Positions 31,151 through 45,679 of a stretch of 64,000 nt of DNA are shown piece by piece; positions within the stretch are counted from its first letter, which is position 1; each line of letters begins with the position of its first letter. The notes below the pieces were generated by a model. That model made no database searches. It was given only the letters and a program-made list of their open reading frames with translations, and was not told the origin of the DNA. The stretch lies in NCBI GenBank assembly GCA_951406725.2, contig OX597819.1:6572001-6636000 (forward strand), in the 5' to 3' direction. This stretch comes from Octopus vulgaris. Taxonomy: Eukaryota. The translations under genes and the position numbers were made by a program.

Positions 31151-31722
31151 AAAGTCGATCGATTCATTTATGTGTAAGTGTGTGTTGTGTGAGTGTGTGA
31201 GTGTGTGTGTGTGTGCGTGTGTGTATGTGCGTGTGTGTGTACAAACATATAAAGAGAGGGATAACTTTGGTTGAAATCTCGGTTTCCAGGTGAGTTATGT
31301 CTTTCTCAGTACCCTAGCATAATTCGAAAATAAAAACCACTTCTAACAAAAACATGCGCACTATTAGAGGGATAAAATTACACAACTATATTCTTACGAA
31401 CACAAAAGATCCAGTAAGCACATACATAAAAGCAATTACAGATAGAGATTAGAGCGCACGTAATTAAATATTAGCAGCCATTTGTGGGGATAACGTATAA
31501 ATGCATACAGAGAATGCTAAAAACCAAAGCTTACAATAAGGTATGTGTGAATATGTGTGCGTGTTTACTTAAAATACATACGTATTTAACTGTGCATGTA
31601 CACAGCGATATATGCATACCCATAATCTGAAACAAACTCATTACAGTACATACCACACATTCATGGTAATGCTATAAAGTATTCATATGCGTATATATGC
31701 ATAATCACATTTATACAAAAAC

Positions 31723-31803
<81 letters not shown>

Positions 31804-31955
31804 CATATATATACACATATATATACAAATATATATATACCTATATATATATGTGTGTGTATATATATATATATATATACATATATACAGATATATATAT
31901 ATGCGTATGTGTATGTATATGTATATATGTATATATATCTATCTATCTCTCTCTC

Positions 31956-31988
<33 letters not shown>

Positions 31989-32549
31989 ATTTATATGTAT
32001 ATGTATATATATATACGTGTGTGTGTGTTTATGTATATACATATATCTATATCTATCTCTCTATATATATGCACAAATGTATATTTATTTACATATAGGT
32101 TATAAATATACGTATGCAAATATTTATAAAAGTGCATGTACAAATTCACACATATTATGGCATGCACGTACAGACACACCTGTAAGAGACTAAACTGCTG
32201 TACCTTGAATTCAAAGCATAACGTATAAAAAAACTATGTAAACTAAAAAAAAAAACAGATAACACAAAAAAATGAGCAAAAATATGAAAAATATAAAAAT
32301 ATGAAAGATTAGAAAATCATAAAAAATGTAAATATAAGTTAAATTCATTCATTCTGAAAATCTGGATTATCACGTGATATTAACGGTTTTCTTTTTCCAA
32401 AGGAGATATCGAAGTTTTTAGCATATTCAGTACTTTGCTATAAATAGGTTTGATGTAGGTTCTCTATAGGGTGAAAAATGATTTGGCACGCTTCTCTAAA
32501 ACCTTAAGTCTCTGTTATAGCTTCGCTGCTTATAAATATAGTATACCTA

Positions 32550-32936
32550 GGAAGCACTCCGTCGGTTACGACGATGAGGGTTCCGGTTGATCCGAATCAA
32601 CGGAACAGCCTGCTCGTGAAATTAACGTGTAAGTGGCTGAGCACTCCACAGACACGTGCACCCTTAACGTAGTTCTCGGGGATATTCAGCGTGACACAGA
32701 ATGTGACAAGGCCGGCCCCTTGAAATACAGGTACAACAGAAACAGGAAGTAAGAGTGAGAGAAAGTTGTGGTGAAAGAGTACAGCAGGGATCACCACCAT
32801 CCCCTGCCGGAGCCTCGTGGAACTTCTTTTAGGAGTTTTCGTTCAATAAACACTCACAAATCCCGGTCTGGGAATCGAAACCACGATCCTATGACCGCGA
32901 GTCCGCTGCCCTAACCACTGGACCATTGCGCCTCCA
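32550..32936 (-). mobile_element. tRNA-Arg-derived SINE, tail type 1, flanked by 114-bp direct repeats
   Basis: Reverse complement of the 56277-56665 type; flanks 32433-32546 and 32937-33050 are duplicates. Confidence 0.9.
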
Positions 32937-33372
32937 CTTTGCTATATATAGGTTTGATGTAGGTTCTCTATAGTTTGAAAAATTATTTGGCACGCTTCTC
33001 TAAAACCTTAAGTCTCTGCTATAGCTTCGCTGCTTATAAATAGAGTATACACTGCATTATGCATTATCATTATTATTCTTCAACATATCTTTTATGATCA
33101 ACATGCAACTGCCACTCCCTTAATTCTGTTTCCTTAACCATGATGACCTGAGTCAACATACCGATCCCCTGTATGTCTTTGAACAACGCGTTTACCTTTT
33201 ACCATATTAGAGTGTCCATTAGCAGACATTTGATTTTATTCAACTCTTATTCATTGGTTAAACCTTTTTTAGTGTATTTGTTGTTTTTTTTCAGTTAATT
33301 TAATTTTTTGTATATTCTGTTGCGATTAGATATGGCTTATATCAATTCGTGTGTTCCTTTTCAACCTTCAAA

Positions 33373-33407
<35 letters not shown>

Positions 33408-33410
33408 AAA

Positions 33411-33813
33411 CTAGCAGTATAACCCGGCGTTGCTCGGGTTTGTAAGGGAAATAATTATATAAGCATTTTTAGAGAGTTATAGCCAAAAAATAGCAAAAAA
33501 AATGCATTAAAAATGGAAAACAAATGATGGTAATTTTTTTTTTTTAAATCGTTGACTCATCGTAGACATTTTTAGAGAATTACTTCCCTTATATAATAGC
33601 GAAAAAATGCATTAAATTGAAAAAAATTATGATAATTTTTTTTAGAAATCGTAGACTCATCGTAGACGCGCGCTAATACCCAGAAGGGCTCGATATGAAT
33701 CACGACTATAGGATACCCGCTTTTGGTTAAACTGCACCGCAAAATGTGGGAGTAGTTAGGAATCTAAATCGTAGGAGACAGACAGCACACAACTTCTCTT
33801 TTATATATAAAGA
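33411..33813 (-). mobile_element. Non-autonomous Helitron family H
   Basis: Minus strand A|TC...hairpin...CTAG|T. Confidence 0.85.
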
Positions 33814-34131
33814 TAAAGCTGAAGCAAGTGAACACACACACGCACAAACGCATACACATGTACATACACATGTACATACACATGTACATACACATGTACA
33901 TACACATGTACATACACATGTACATATATATATAACCGTACACATGTATATCTGCACACACACGTGATCCTACCTATACGCGCATAGTTGTATTCAAAAT
34001 ACCTACATACTATATATGCATACGCTGACTTACACTCGCGTGGAACTCTCGCATGTACACCCACGTATATACACAACCATACACATGTGCATATACATGT
34101 ACGTATATACATACTCACACACCTGCACACA

Positions 34132-34274
34132 CGAGGTCGACTTTGCCTTTCATCCTTTCGGGGTCGATTAAATAAGTACCAGTTACGCACTGGGGTCGAT
34201 GTAATCGACTTAATCCCTTTGTCTGTCCTTGTTTGTCCTCTCTGTGTTTAGCCCCTTGTGGATAATAAAGAAAT
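34132..34274 (+). mobile_element. SINE family B 3' part (Meta-domain-like)
   Basis: gtcgactttgcctttcatcctttcggggtcgattaaataagtacc resembles the MetaSINE central domain; second copy at 46333. Confidence 0.7.
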
Positions 34275-34286
34275 ATATATATATAT

Positions 34287-34586
34287 AAAACGTCGCCCTT
34301 TTCAAGCCTAGCCAGGCTCATGGGCCCAGTTTCCCGGTATGTGTTCCCCCCAGCTGGACGGGACGCCAGTCCATCGAGGCGTTACTCAAGAAACAGGAAG
34401 AGAGAGTGAGAGAAAGTTGTAGCGAAAGAATACAACAAGGGTCGCCACCCCACCCCCTGCCGGAGTCTCGTGGAGCTTTTAGGTGCTTTCGTTCAATAAA
34501 CACACACAACGCCCGGTCTGGGAATCGAAACCGCGATCCTCCGACCACGAGTCTGCTGCCCTAACGACTGGGCCATTGCGCCTCCA
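34287..34586 (-). mobile_element. tRNA-Arg-derived SINE, tail type 3 (V-domain-like)
   Basis: Shared head; 3' part contains GATGGACTGGCGTCCCGTCCAG (34354-34375). Confidence 0.8.
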
Positions 34587-34605
34587 TATATATACATATA
34601 TATAT

Positions 34606-34688
<83 letters not shown>

Positions 34689-34707
34689 CACATATATATA
34701 TACATAC

Positions 34708-34756
<49 letters not shown>

Positions 34757-34788
34757 CATATACATACATACATACATACATACATACA

Positions 34789-34821
<33 letters not shown>

Positions 34822-34891
34822 GTGTGTATTGCGTGTCGGACGAGGTTTCAATGCAATGAAGGGTCGTTCATGTCGTGCAGTTATATAGACG

Positions 34892-35050
34892 TAGGCGCAC
34901 TTCTGTGGTAAGAATTTTGCTTCCCAACCACATTGTTCAGAGTTCAGTCCCACTACATGACACTTTGGTCAGTTGTCTTCTTCTATAATTCCGGGTTAAC
35001 CAAAGCCTAATGAGTGAATTTGGTAGAAGGAGGCTGAAAGAAACCACTGT
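34892..35050 (+). mobile_element. SINE family A 5' half (diverged)
   Basis: aggcgcac...gttcagtcccactac...aaagaaacc, then (TA)n. Confidence 0.7.
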
Positions 35051-35051
35051 A

Positions 35052-35133
<82 letters not shown>

Positions 35134-37308
35134 ATGTATTTATATATATATGTGCATATATACATAAGTATATATACGTACATACACACACATATAGAAT
35201 ATATGTATGCGCGTATGTATGTGTGTATGGATGCATGGTTGGATGGATGGATGGATAGTACAGAATCGCAACCAACTGAATATGCTAATCACATTGCAAT
35301 ATAATATATTTAGACAGAATGGTGTTAATGCTGTAAATCATTACCAAATCTGAAACATAGGCAGCAACATCATAAAACTTTTGAAATGCCGAGTATAAAT
35401 TTACCATGCAGTAAAAAGAAAGTAGTTAAGAACGCATTTTCATTACTGTAGCAATATAGTAAATACACGCTACTGCATGATGGCTGTAGTCCAACTTTGA
35501 AATGAAGCAGTCTTAACCAATTCAAAGAGCCATCATATCCATTCCTCTCCGTCTATCTTTCCCTTCGAATGATCTCGTTCATTTGTTAACGCGTAGAAAT
35601 TTTGCTTTCATTTTGTAAGAGGTTTGTTCATCCACTATCTATAGAAATTCGTTTTAGTTTTCGTTAAATGATTGTCTTATTCTCTTCTGAATTAATTTCA
35701 TATTTTCTACGCCTGATGAATTTCTAAGTTGATTCAACGTTATTAGAGAGAAACCTATTATTCTCCAGAATCCCAGAAATACTCGTAATGAAAGCCATAT
35801 GTTTATAGAATTCTGGACAATTTTCGTATATTACCATTGGAATAGACAATAGCATAGGAACGCTTATACGTATCGTGTACATGAACACATGCCCACGCAC
35901 ACAGAAAATGCGTACACATACAAGTGCATATTCATACACGCAGATACCCTCACATCTTACATCAAAAGGAATAATATCTAACCATAGCTAAAACTTTTAC
36001 TTATTTCACTCATTGAACGAGGGATTCGCCTCCTAGAAATAGCTGCTAAATTCTCCTCAAATTACACAATCGCTTTAAATTAAGGAGCACATATTGTGGA
36101 ATATAATTCTTGATTTACAGAAAATGATAGGATGGTCATGATGAGAACGCTTTTTTTATCATAGTTCCACACAATCAAGACTGAACAGCACCACTTTAGA
36201 AAATTGACTATATGATATCTGCTTTTCATATCATCGCGTCTATGAACCTCACTAGATGCATTTGCTATCGTGATGTGATAAATGACGTGTGAATTGATAC
36301 TTCGACATCAAGCCATATGCGAGACTTACAGTTTTTATGAAACCTTGAAACTGATCTACAGAATAGTCTCCATAAAATAGTACTCCTATCAGAATCTCAA
36401 TGGTCGAAGAAGAAATAAGAAAAGCCAGATATACATCATTAGTAAACATAACGGACATATATTTGTTAGGGGAAATACAGAAGTGTCTCTGACTTTTCAG
36501 ACTCTCCTACGCCAGTGCGACTGTAACAAATGACTTCAAGTAGATTCCAGCAAGAATATTCACTGAGGAGACCTCGCCAAATACTGGCTGCACAATGAGC
36601 TTTGTAAATCCTATATTCAAGGATTACGTACAACCGAAACATTTGAATCTACTTTCTTTTCTATGAGTTTATTAAACATACGCAAATGCTTGTCTTGTCA
36701 AGCCTTACAAAATATATAATTGGATGCCGAGCCGATACAATACGTCATAATTCTGGTGTTAATTTTAACCAACGATTTAAACGCAAGACTTTGGTTTTAA
36801 CTATTATTGTAAAAGAAAAGCTATAAGTAGATACATGTAAATAGATACATTGCTAATTCTTACATTAATACAGACGATCTTAGAATATTAGAGGACATTT
36901 TGTTGTAGATATATTTTAAAACACTGATCACAAGAGATAAATCATTCCAATGTAAATATTTCTTCCCTCACGAGAAAGCTGATAGCCAAGGTCAGAATTT
37001 TAGGCCAATAAGAAACACCAATAGTCGCAAAAGTTAATCCAGATCACACAACGGAAATACGTGTTATTTCCGGTACGGTGAATATATAGGACCTCTTTTT
37101 AGTCAATACCTGGTCAAAAGAAACTTTCTCTATTCTTAAGAAGAAGTGTTTCTGTTTTTTTTTTCTTTTTCCTTCTATTTTTCCCAGCATATCTTTCAGA
37201 ACGCAAAACGTAGATATATTGAGCAAATTCTTACATGCATACATTCACATATTTTTGTGTGTGTGTGCGAGTGTGTGTGTTTGTGTATGTGTTTGTTTAC
37301 ATATATGC

Positions 37309-37409
<101 letters not shown>

Positions 37410-37444
37410 TATATGTATATATATATGTGTGTAATCCCCCCCCC

Positions 37445-38029
37445 TTACTGTCACGTTAAGTTGACAGTATACAACCACTATCTCGATGGAGTAGTTTCTC
37501 CATGGCGCAAGCCTGGGCGGTAGAAACGAAGACACTGGGCTGCCCAGACACCAGAATCTCCTCTCGGCCCCCAGACATAATCCAAAGGAATGCAGTGCAG
37601 TACGTTTGGAGTCTGGTTGGCTGCAGGAGTTGCCGGAAAGGGGTCGAGATTCGACACCCTACCGCCTTCGGGGCTCCACTCCGGATTTTCTGTCTGGGTT
37701 TACTCCCATAGCCTTTCCCTCTCCCAAGAGCATCCGCAAGGCAGCGGAGCGAGGGTTTGGAGTCAGAGTTTTCCTTCTCCTAGACTGGCTGCCAACCAAG
37801 GCTAACGAGCCCAGTCTGCCCACCTGGTTATACCGCCAAGCACCCGGTCGCGCCACACAGCAGGCTCAGTGAGAACAGGGGGTACCGCGTGAAGGTGCTG
37901 CTGTGGACACAGCAGTGCAGGAGAGGCCATTAGCAAGAACTTTCCACAAGGCGCAGCCAAGTAGAAGTTCTGCAGCGATCATTACACCTGGAGAGGAGAG
38001 GCTATGAGTGACGCAATGACTTTCCTTTG
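37445..38029 (-). mobile_element. GC-rich non-coding element resembling an RTE-clade 5' UTR (non-autonomous RTE derivative)
   Basis: Minus strand contains ttagccttggttggcagccagtctaggagaaggaaaactctgactccaaacc, typical of RTE 5' regions; flanked by poly-C runs on both sides. Confidence 0.6.
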
Positions 38030-38117
38030 CCCCCCCCCCAACCATTTATATATATATATATATATATACATATATGCGTATGTGTATATGTATATATATA
38101 TATATACTTATATAAAC

Positions 38118-38204
<87 letters not shown>

Positions 38205-38693
38205 TTTATACAAACACACACACATATTCATCACTGCAAAGAAATATACTTTTTTATTTTGCTTTTTTTTGTTATTGTAAATCAAAGACGATAAAAAAAC
38301 TCTGATTACTATTGGTCTACTCCTCATAACTAATGAAGCGATGACAGGAATTGCAATAACGAACATATCTATGATGAAATTCACCAATGTGGTCTTGTTT
38401 ATTACTTGATGACAATTAGTCTAAGTTCAGGACATTCTGAAAAAAGCCAAAGAGAAAGTAAAAATAGCATAACTATTCAATGGCTCGCTTAAGAAAAATG
38501 ACCCGGAAATTCTTTCGTAAACCTTCGTTTGATTTCTGTTAAGGCCTTGTTGGCTTCTAAAATCAATAGATTTCCACTTTTATGCCGCCATCAAAATAAA
38601 TTAGCGATGTTCTCTACACCCTAATTGGGAAGAACAAGAAGAAAGAACCTAGAAAGAATAGGAAGGAATATTAGTACTACGACTTCCTATTCT

Positions 38694-38769
<76 letters not shown>

Positions 38770-38790
38770 GAAGTAGTAGGAAGTAGTAGT
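38694..38790. repeat. (TAG)n microsatellite
   Basis: Direct inspection. Confidence 0.95.
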
Positions 38791-39141
38791 AGAGTAAGTG
38801 ATGAGAGACGGTACAGAGTAAGTTTTGTGTGTATATCTATCGTTAATCACGTCCACTAACAATGTTTGAATCTACTTAGCTTGGCAGTTCATATTACCTT
38901 GAAAGACAACCAGTCAAAAGATTTATATGTAGTCTTCCAACTAATATCTGCTTTCATTTTGCACTCGTTTCCCAAGAATTGAAGGAAGCAAGTTTATGGA
39001 TGTTTTCCAACTTAACTAATCAGCTGAGCTAACAAAGTAACAGAGTGTCGTGAATTTTAATAAACTTGTAAACTGGGAAGAATTGGTTGGTGACGGCGTC
39101 TTCTTACATATGTAGATAGAATCATCATTTAAATCATTGCG

Positions 39142-39236
39142 CGCATGGAGAGTCTGTATGATTTGATACTCTGCTCAGATATATGCATGCGCTTGTTGAT
39201 ATGTATATGCGTTTGCATGTATGTGCGCCATACTAC

Positions 39237-39278
<42 letters not shown>

Positions 39279-39376
39279 GCATGGAGAGTCTGTATGATTT
39301 GATACTCTGCTTAGATATATGCATGCGCTTCTTGATATGTATATGTGTTTGTATGTATGTGCGCCATACTACATGC

Positions 39377-39410
<34 letters not shown>
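39142..39410. repeat. Tandem duplication, unit of about 136 bp
   Basis: cgcatggagagtctgtatgatttgatactctgc... occurs at about 39142 and 39278, each followed by (TA)n. Confidence 0.9.
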
Positions 39411-39415
<5 letters not shown>

Positions 39416-40029
39416 TACATATATGCATATACATATATATACATATACACACATATATACGCACATATATATATGTGTGTACATATATATGTATGTACGT
39501 ATATATGTGTGCATGCATATGTATAACTACGTATTTGTTTATTGTAATGAGTTGGAAAATGTGAATAATATAATAGATCTTGCTTTAGTCTTTCTTCATT
39601 CGGGCTTTATTCTTTTATTGTTGAGCATCTTATCCATAAAAGTACATATGTATTGGTGTCTGTGTGTGAATTTCTCTGTATATGTATGTGTTTGTGTCTA
39701 GTTGTATGATAAAACAAATTGTTGGTTTCATGTAAAAAAAATGAATATATCATTGTGACGTGTATAGATACATGCACACGCACATACTTACACATACATG
39801 TATGTATGCATCTACACCCAATCCACTCAACTTACACGACTTATGAATATGCATACATATATGCAAACAGATACATATGCGTGTATATATATACAAACAT
39901 GTAGACATATTTAATCTCATGCATAGGTATTCCACTACATACATGGATCATCCCACTTCCGAAGAATAAAAGAATAAAGCCCGAATGAAGAAAGATAGTC
40001 TTCTTTGATCGTGCACTGCTATTATCTGT

Positions 40030-40950
40030 GCTAGGTTACAGCTAGTGGATAAGGCGAGTCGGACATGTGGGACTTAAATTCTTTTAAGGATGAAAAAAGG
40101 ACGAATAATATTAGCCTGAGCAAACTAGTCTAGTCAGTTAAAAACAGGAAACATAGCTATACTGTAGAATGGGAAACAATCAGTGCAGCTAAACCATATC
40201 GGCCGGGGAAAGTGACTTATGTGTAGAAGAATTCTGCCAAATCTTTACATCAAGAAACACGTTACTTAATACCAGACCTGAACAGGCCTGAAGATGATAA
40301 CACAAATACAAGACTTTAAAAAAAATTAAAGAAAGTTCTGAATAACCAATGTCCCAACCACAGTTGAGTGTAAGAGGATGGATAGAAGAACATATCCTAA
40401 ATCCTAGAAATTCATAGCCCTCTTTTTTACAAACTTAGTATGTCCTATCTCCAATGAATACCGCATAACATAAACAATACAGCCAAGATAGAAATATATG
40501 AACAACACACTACAACATCACACTAAAAGAGCTGTACTTGAAAACAATGCTACAACATACCCAACTACCACATTGCACAAGGAGCACTGCATAAACACGG
40601 CGATCAATCTCGGCCTAATTAGACCGAGCCCTGACTTCGGACATTAACAGGTGTGAATTTGAGGTCAACCGCACAAACTCACAAATGGATCAGATTTCAG
40701 TTTCAAAACACCCACACACACACGCGCGCATACACACGCACACATCACTCCGAGCCCTAACAAAAAACTAACTGCACTCAGTTTGTTTCGAAAGTAGCCA
40801 AATAGATGGGCCCTGAAAAAGCTGCACCGAAAATTGTGCCAGGTTGCATCTGCAACACGTCATATGTTCAGTGGAAATACGTGTAGGTCATAAAGACTAT
40901 AACAATATATTTTATATAATAGTAAAATAAGAAGAAATAAATTTTGCGGA
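40030..40950 (+). mobile_element. Degenerate Penelope endonuclease/pLTR with decayed hammerhead at 40809-40889
   Basis: LKNRKHSYTVEWETISAAKPYRPGK...LCVEE; GGCC-CTGAAAA...GAAA-TACGTG-TA-GGTC. Confidence 0.65.
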
Positions 40951-41275
40951 TGAACAAATTTCTATGTTTCTATTTCGTTATAATAATTACTGATATATAC
41001 TCCAGACAATATTACCATCCAGTGAAACGAACACGGAATTACCCATCGGAGGAATGTACAGAGTGATTGACAACTAACAGTAGTCATAGACGTTAAATAC
41101 TGATTAATACGGTTAGCCATAACCTGGAACATAACTTAAAGCCACCACGGAATAAGCCCAGATGATATATCCCTCCAAACGCATGTATGTATATATGTGT
41201 GTGTCTGTGTGTGAGAGAGAGAAAGTTGGTGTGTAAAAGCACGTTGTTGGATGTATAAAACACAAAGTAGAGTGA

Positions 41276-42550
41276 AAACTACTGAATAATTGTGTTATAT
41301 GTTTAAAGAATATATTTAACATAGTTAGAATCGCTTTCTCTAACACTAGAAATCTTTCACAAATTATATCTTCTCACAATACCAAGCTGCTAAATAAAGA
41401 TTCTTCACCCGGGAGTTCCAGCATTAATCTTGCTAATTCCAGCCCATCATACAATCATAATAATAGGAATAGTATTAATAGTAATAGCAATGGTAGTAGT
41501 GATAGTGTTAACAACGATAATAATAACAATAATAGTATTGGTCGTGTTAATAACAATGGTAATGTTAATGGTAATAACAATAACGGTATTATTGTTGATG
41601 GTATTATAGGTTGTATTACCATTAATAATACTAATAATAATAATAGGAATAGTGTAGTTGTTGGTGCTGATAATAATAGTAACAATAATCATAGCAATAA
41701 AAACTTCGTTTCGATCACGGAGGACAACCTCAACATAATTAAATTTTTGTCTAGTAATTCTAAGATTAAGAATTCTATTTACCAGTGTAGAATTTCTTCC
41801 GGTACCGATGACTTCTTCTATATAGGAGCGTCCACTTCCCAGTTATCCAAGAGGATTCCAAACCATTATTCAACATTCAGGGATAGTAAAAAACGACATA
41901 GTACAGGGCTAAGTAAATTAGTTTGGCGTCTTAAAGACAACAATATAATTTTCAAGTTAGATTGGTTCATACTGTCTGTATCCTTTCCCTTTGATAAGGG
42001 CAGGAGATTTTGTAATATTTGCAACTCTGAACTCTTCCATATCCTCTTCTCTAAGGTTCCCCTTGTAAACACACTCATAGAGAAATCGTACAAATGTAAA
42101 CACTGGCAGAAACATACTTGTTACTCATATAAATGATTTCGATAGTCATTATAGTTTGAACAATTAGTTTAACGTGCACTCCACTTCAATAGAGAATTCT
42201 TTCCTAAGCCTTTGAACATTCTTTTAATCAACGTACCCTTCCCTCTCCACTTGTTCCCTACTTATTATTCCTTTAACCCTTCTCTTCCTACTATCTAACT
42301 TTGACGTCAGTTCTACTAACGGTTTTTTTTAAAACACTTATTATCGTTTTGTTTACCATGTAGGCAGTCATCGAAATTTTTGTTTGTCTTGTTGTTGAGA
42401 GAGGTTCCCCTTCTTTCCTAATGAGAAGATTGCATCTTGCACCCTTTATTCCTTTTGAATGAAACCATGTTGTCTTCGAAACATATGTCGAGAATAAAGG
42501 AATTTTGCTAACATCTTCGTTCGACTCCATTCTTTTATTTATTCATATAT
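41276..42550 (+). mobile_element. 5'-truncated Penelope-like element: thumb, Asn-rich linker, GIY-YIG endonuclease and pLTR
   Basis: Stop-free frame 41276-42136: VRIAFSNTRNLSQIISSHNTKLL...SIYQCRI...YIGASTSQLSKRIPNH...CNICNSE...CKHWQKH. Confidence 0.88.
42414..42493 (+). ncRNA. Type-I hammerhead with G5>A core mutation
   Basis: TTTC-CTAATGA-GAAGA...TCTTC-GAAA-CATATG-TC-GAGA. Confidence 0.65.
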
Positions 42551-42564
42551 ATATATATATTACT

Positions 42565-42661
42565 GGTTACGGCTATGCTGGTAAACCTCGTTGGAGTGGA
42601 TTTGGTACACGGGAACTGTTTATGTGTGTATGTGTGTATGTGTGCGCGCGTGTGCGTGTGT

Positions 42662-42720
<59 letters not shown>

Positions 42721-42897
42721 GTCTCTAATCACCACTTTACAACCGGTATTAGTGTATCTATGCGCATCGTACCTTAGCTCCTCGACAAAAAGAATCGTGG
42801 AATAAGTACTGGGATCAATTCATTCGACAAAATTCCCTCAAGGCGATGTCACTAAATGCCCGCAGTCTAACTGACTGAAACAAGTAAAAGTATAAGA
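42565..42897 (+). mobile_element. SINE family A (old, partial)
   Basis: gagtggatttggta...gactgaaacaagtaaaag. Confidence 0.65.
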
Positions 42898-43048
42898 GAA
42901 TGAAAGAAAATCGGTTCATATTTCGTTGTGTTCGATATGGCAGAGCTAAACATATGCGTAGACAATCGTTTTACGTGAGTGTGTATAAATATATTTCACA
43001 CATCTTTGCATGTGTGTGTGTATTATATGTAATTGTTAGTAAATACAT

Positions 43049-43086
<38 letters not shown>

Positions 43087-43355
43087 CATACAGATAAATG
43101 AAGAAAGTGTAGTATAAAGAGAAAAAACTAGTCGCACAGTTGGACACTATTAATAATCACAGCAAGTGAGCTGAATATGTTTTCAATACAACACACTATA
43201 GCAACGCCACCCGCTTTTTGTCTTATATACTTATCTAGAACTACTATTGTCAATAATATGTTAGACACACTGCCGAAATCTATTGTCGCTATAGTATGTC
43301 GCTATACTCATATATATTTATATATATGTATATGTATATATATATATGTATGTAA

Positions 43356-43439
<84 letters not shown>

Positions 43440-43522
43440 ATATGTGCATATATGTGTATATATATGTATAATACACGCATATATATATGTAGACATATAT
43501 ATACATAAATGTATATGTATGT

Positions 43523-43598
<76 letters not shown>

Positions 43599-43766
43599 AT
43601 GTATATATATATATATATATGTGCATATATGTGTATATATACGTATAATACACGCACATATATATATGTAGACATATATATATATATACATAAATGTATA
43701 TGTATGTATACATATATATGTGTATGTATGTGTATATACTTACATGCACACGCACACATACATACA

Positions 43767-43805
<39 letters not shown>

Positions 43806-44459
43806 ATATGTGTATATATATATAAGCGTATGTTTGCGTGCGCATGTTTCTATGCGTATTGTATGTACGCGCACATATATTGGACAGAGAGCAATTTCCT
43901 ATTTATGTTTATTTTTGCTTCAAAGTTTTGTCCTTTGTACCTGTATTTGTTCGACCTCTTTGTTGATGACTACTTATTATATATCTCATACATTATTTCT
44001 TTATATAGTGTTATTGTCAATGTTTCAGACAATATTAAGCTGAATATAAACAACTTCATATAGTTCTACTTTCAAACTTTCTCTAGCGATTTCACTTCCT
44101 CAAATCAACCAGGATCAATAGCTACATTTTCTTACAAAACTTATTTACTCTCAACCCAGAGAGATTCAGAGATTTTTCATAAATGACTGAGACAAAATAT
44201 AATTTATTGATATGAAAACTCAATAAATTCTTTCGTATCAATAATTGTCATTTTTACATTAAAATAGAAAAATGCATAAAGGCATTTTTGATGCTTTGCC
44301 AGGCAGGGAAAATTACATTATTTCTTCTTCATGATGTTTCTAAGGTCTTGCCCTATCTGAACTACAATCACTAAGTAACAATAGTTGCCAGAATGATTCT
44401 TTCTGCAACCATTGAGTTTTACATGCTGACAAAGAAATTATATTCATGGTTACATAGAT

Positions 44460-44518
44460 ACACTCATACACGCATACATACGTACATACATACATGCGTG
44501 CATGCATGCGTACATACA

Positions 44519-44552
<34 letters not shown>

Positions 44553-45160
44553 CATACATACATACATACATACACACATACATACATACATACATACATA
44601 CATACTTACATACATACATATATACACACATACATACATTCATACATACATGCGTACATACATACATACATACATACATTCATACGTACATACATACATA
44701 CATACATACATACATACATACATACATACATACATTCATACATACATACATACATGCATACATGCATACATGCATGCATACATACATACATGCATGCGAA
44801 CATGCATACATACTTGCATACACACATACATGCATACATACATGCATACATACATACATACATACTTACATACATACATACATGCGTACATACATGCGTA
44901 CATACATACATACATTCATACATACATACATACATACATACATACTTACATACATACATGCGTACATACATGCGTACATACATACATGCATGCATACATA
45001 CATACATACACACATACATACATACGCACATACATACATACATACATACATACATACATACATACATACATACATACATACATACATACATGCGTACATA
45101 CATACATGCATACATACATACATGCGTACATACATACATACAATCATACATACATACATT
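44460..45160. repeat. (TACA)n microsatellite of about 700 bp
   Basis: Direct inspection; source of the HTYI/MYVC ORFs. Confidence 0.98.
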
Positions 45161-45572
45161 CATTTTTTATCGGTCAGTCAGTGGAGCAAGAGTAAGGGAC
45201 TGTAGCCATGATCTTTGGAAATATTCCTAGATTGATGACATTGATGTGGCTGATATTCAGTCTGAACATCTGTAGGTTAAGACGGAGGAAGGGCATGATT
45301 GGAGAACATAGATCTCACTCTCACACTCTCTCTCTCTCTCTCTCCCTCGATCTATCCATCTCTCTTTCACACCATCGCTCTGTCTCTCTCGCTCTGTATA
45401 TAATATATATATATAGATATAGATAGATCTGTGTGTGTGTATGTGTGTCTGTGTGCATGTGCCTGTTTGTATCTGTATAACACAATACATTTGTAAACAC
45501 CGATTTTTGATCGTTAAAAAATATCCATCAAAAGTATTCACACGTACGTACGCACACACACAAACACACACA

Positions 45573-45663
<91 letters not shown>

Positions 45664-45679
45664 ATATATAATATAAAAC

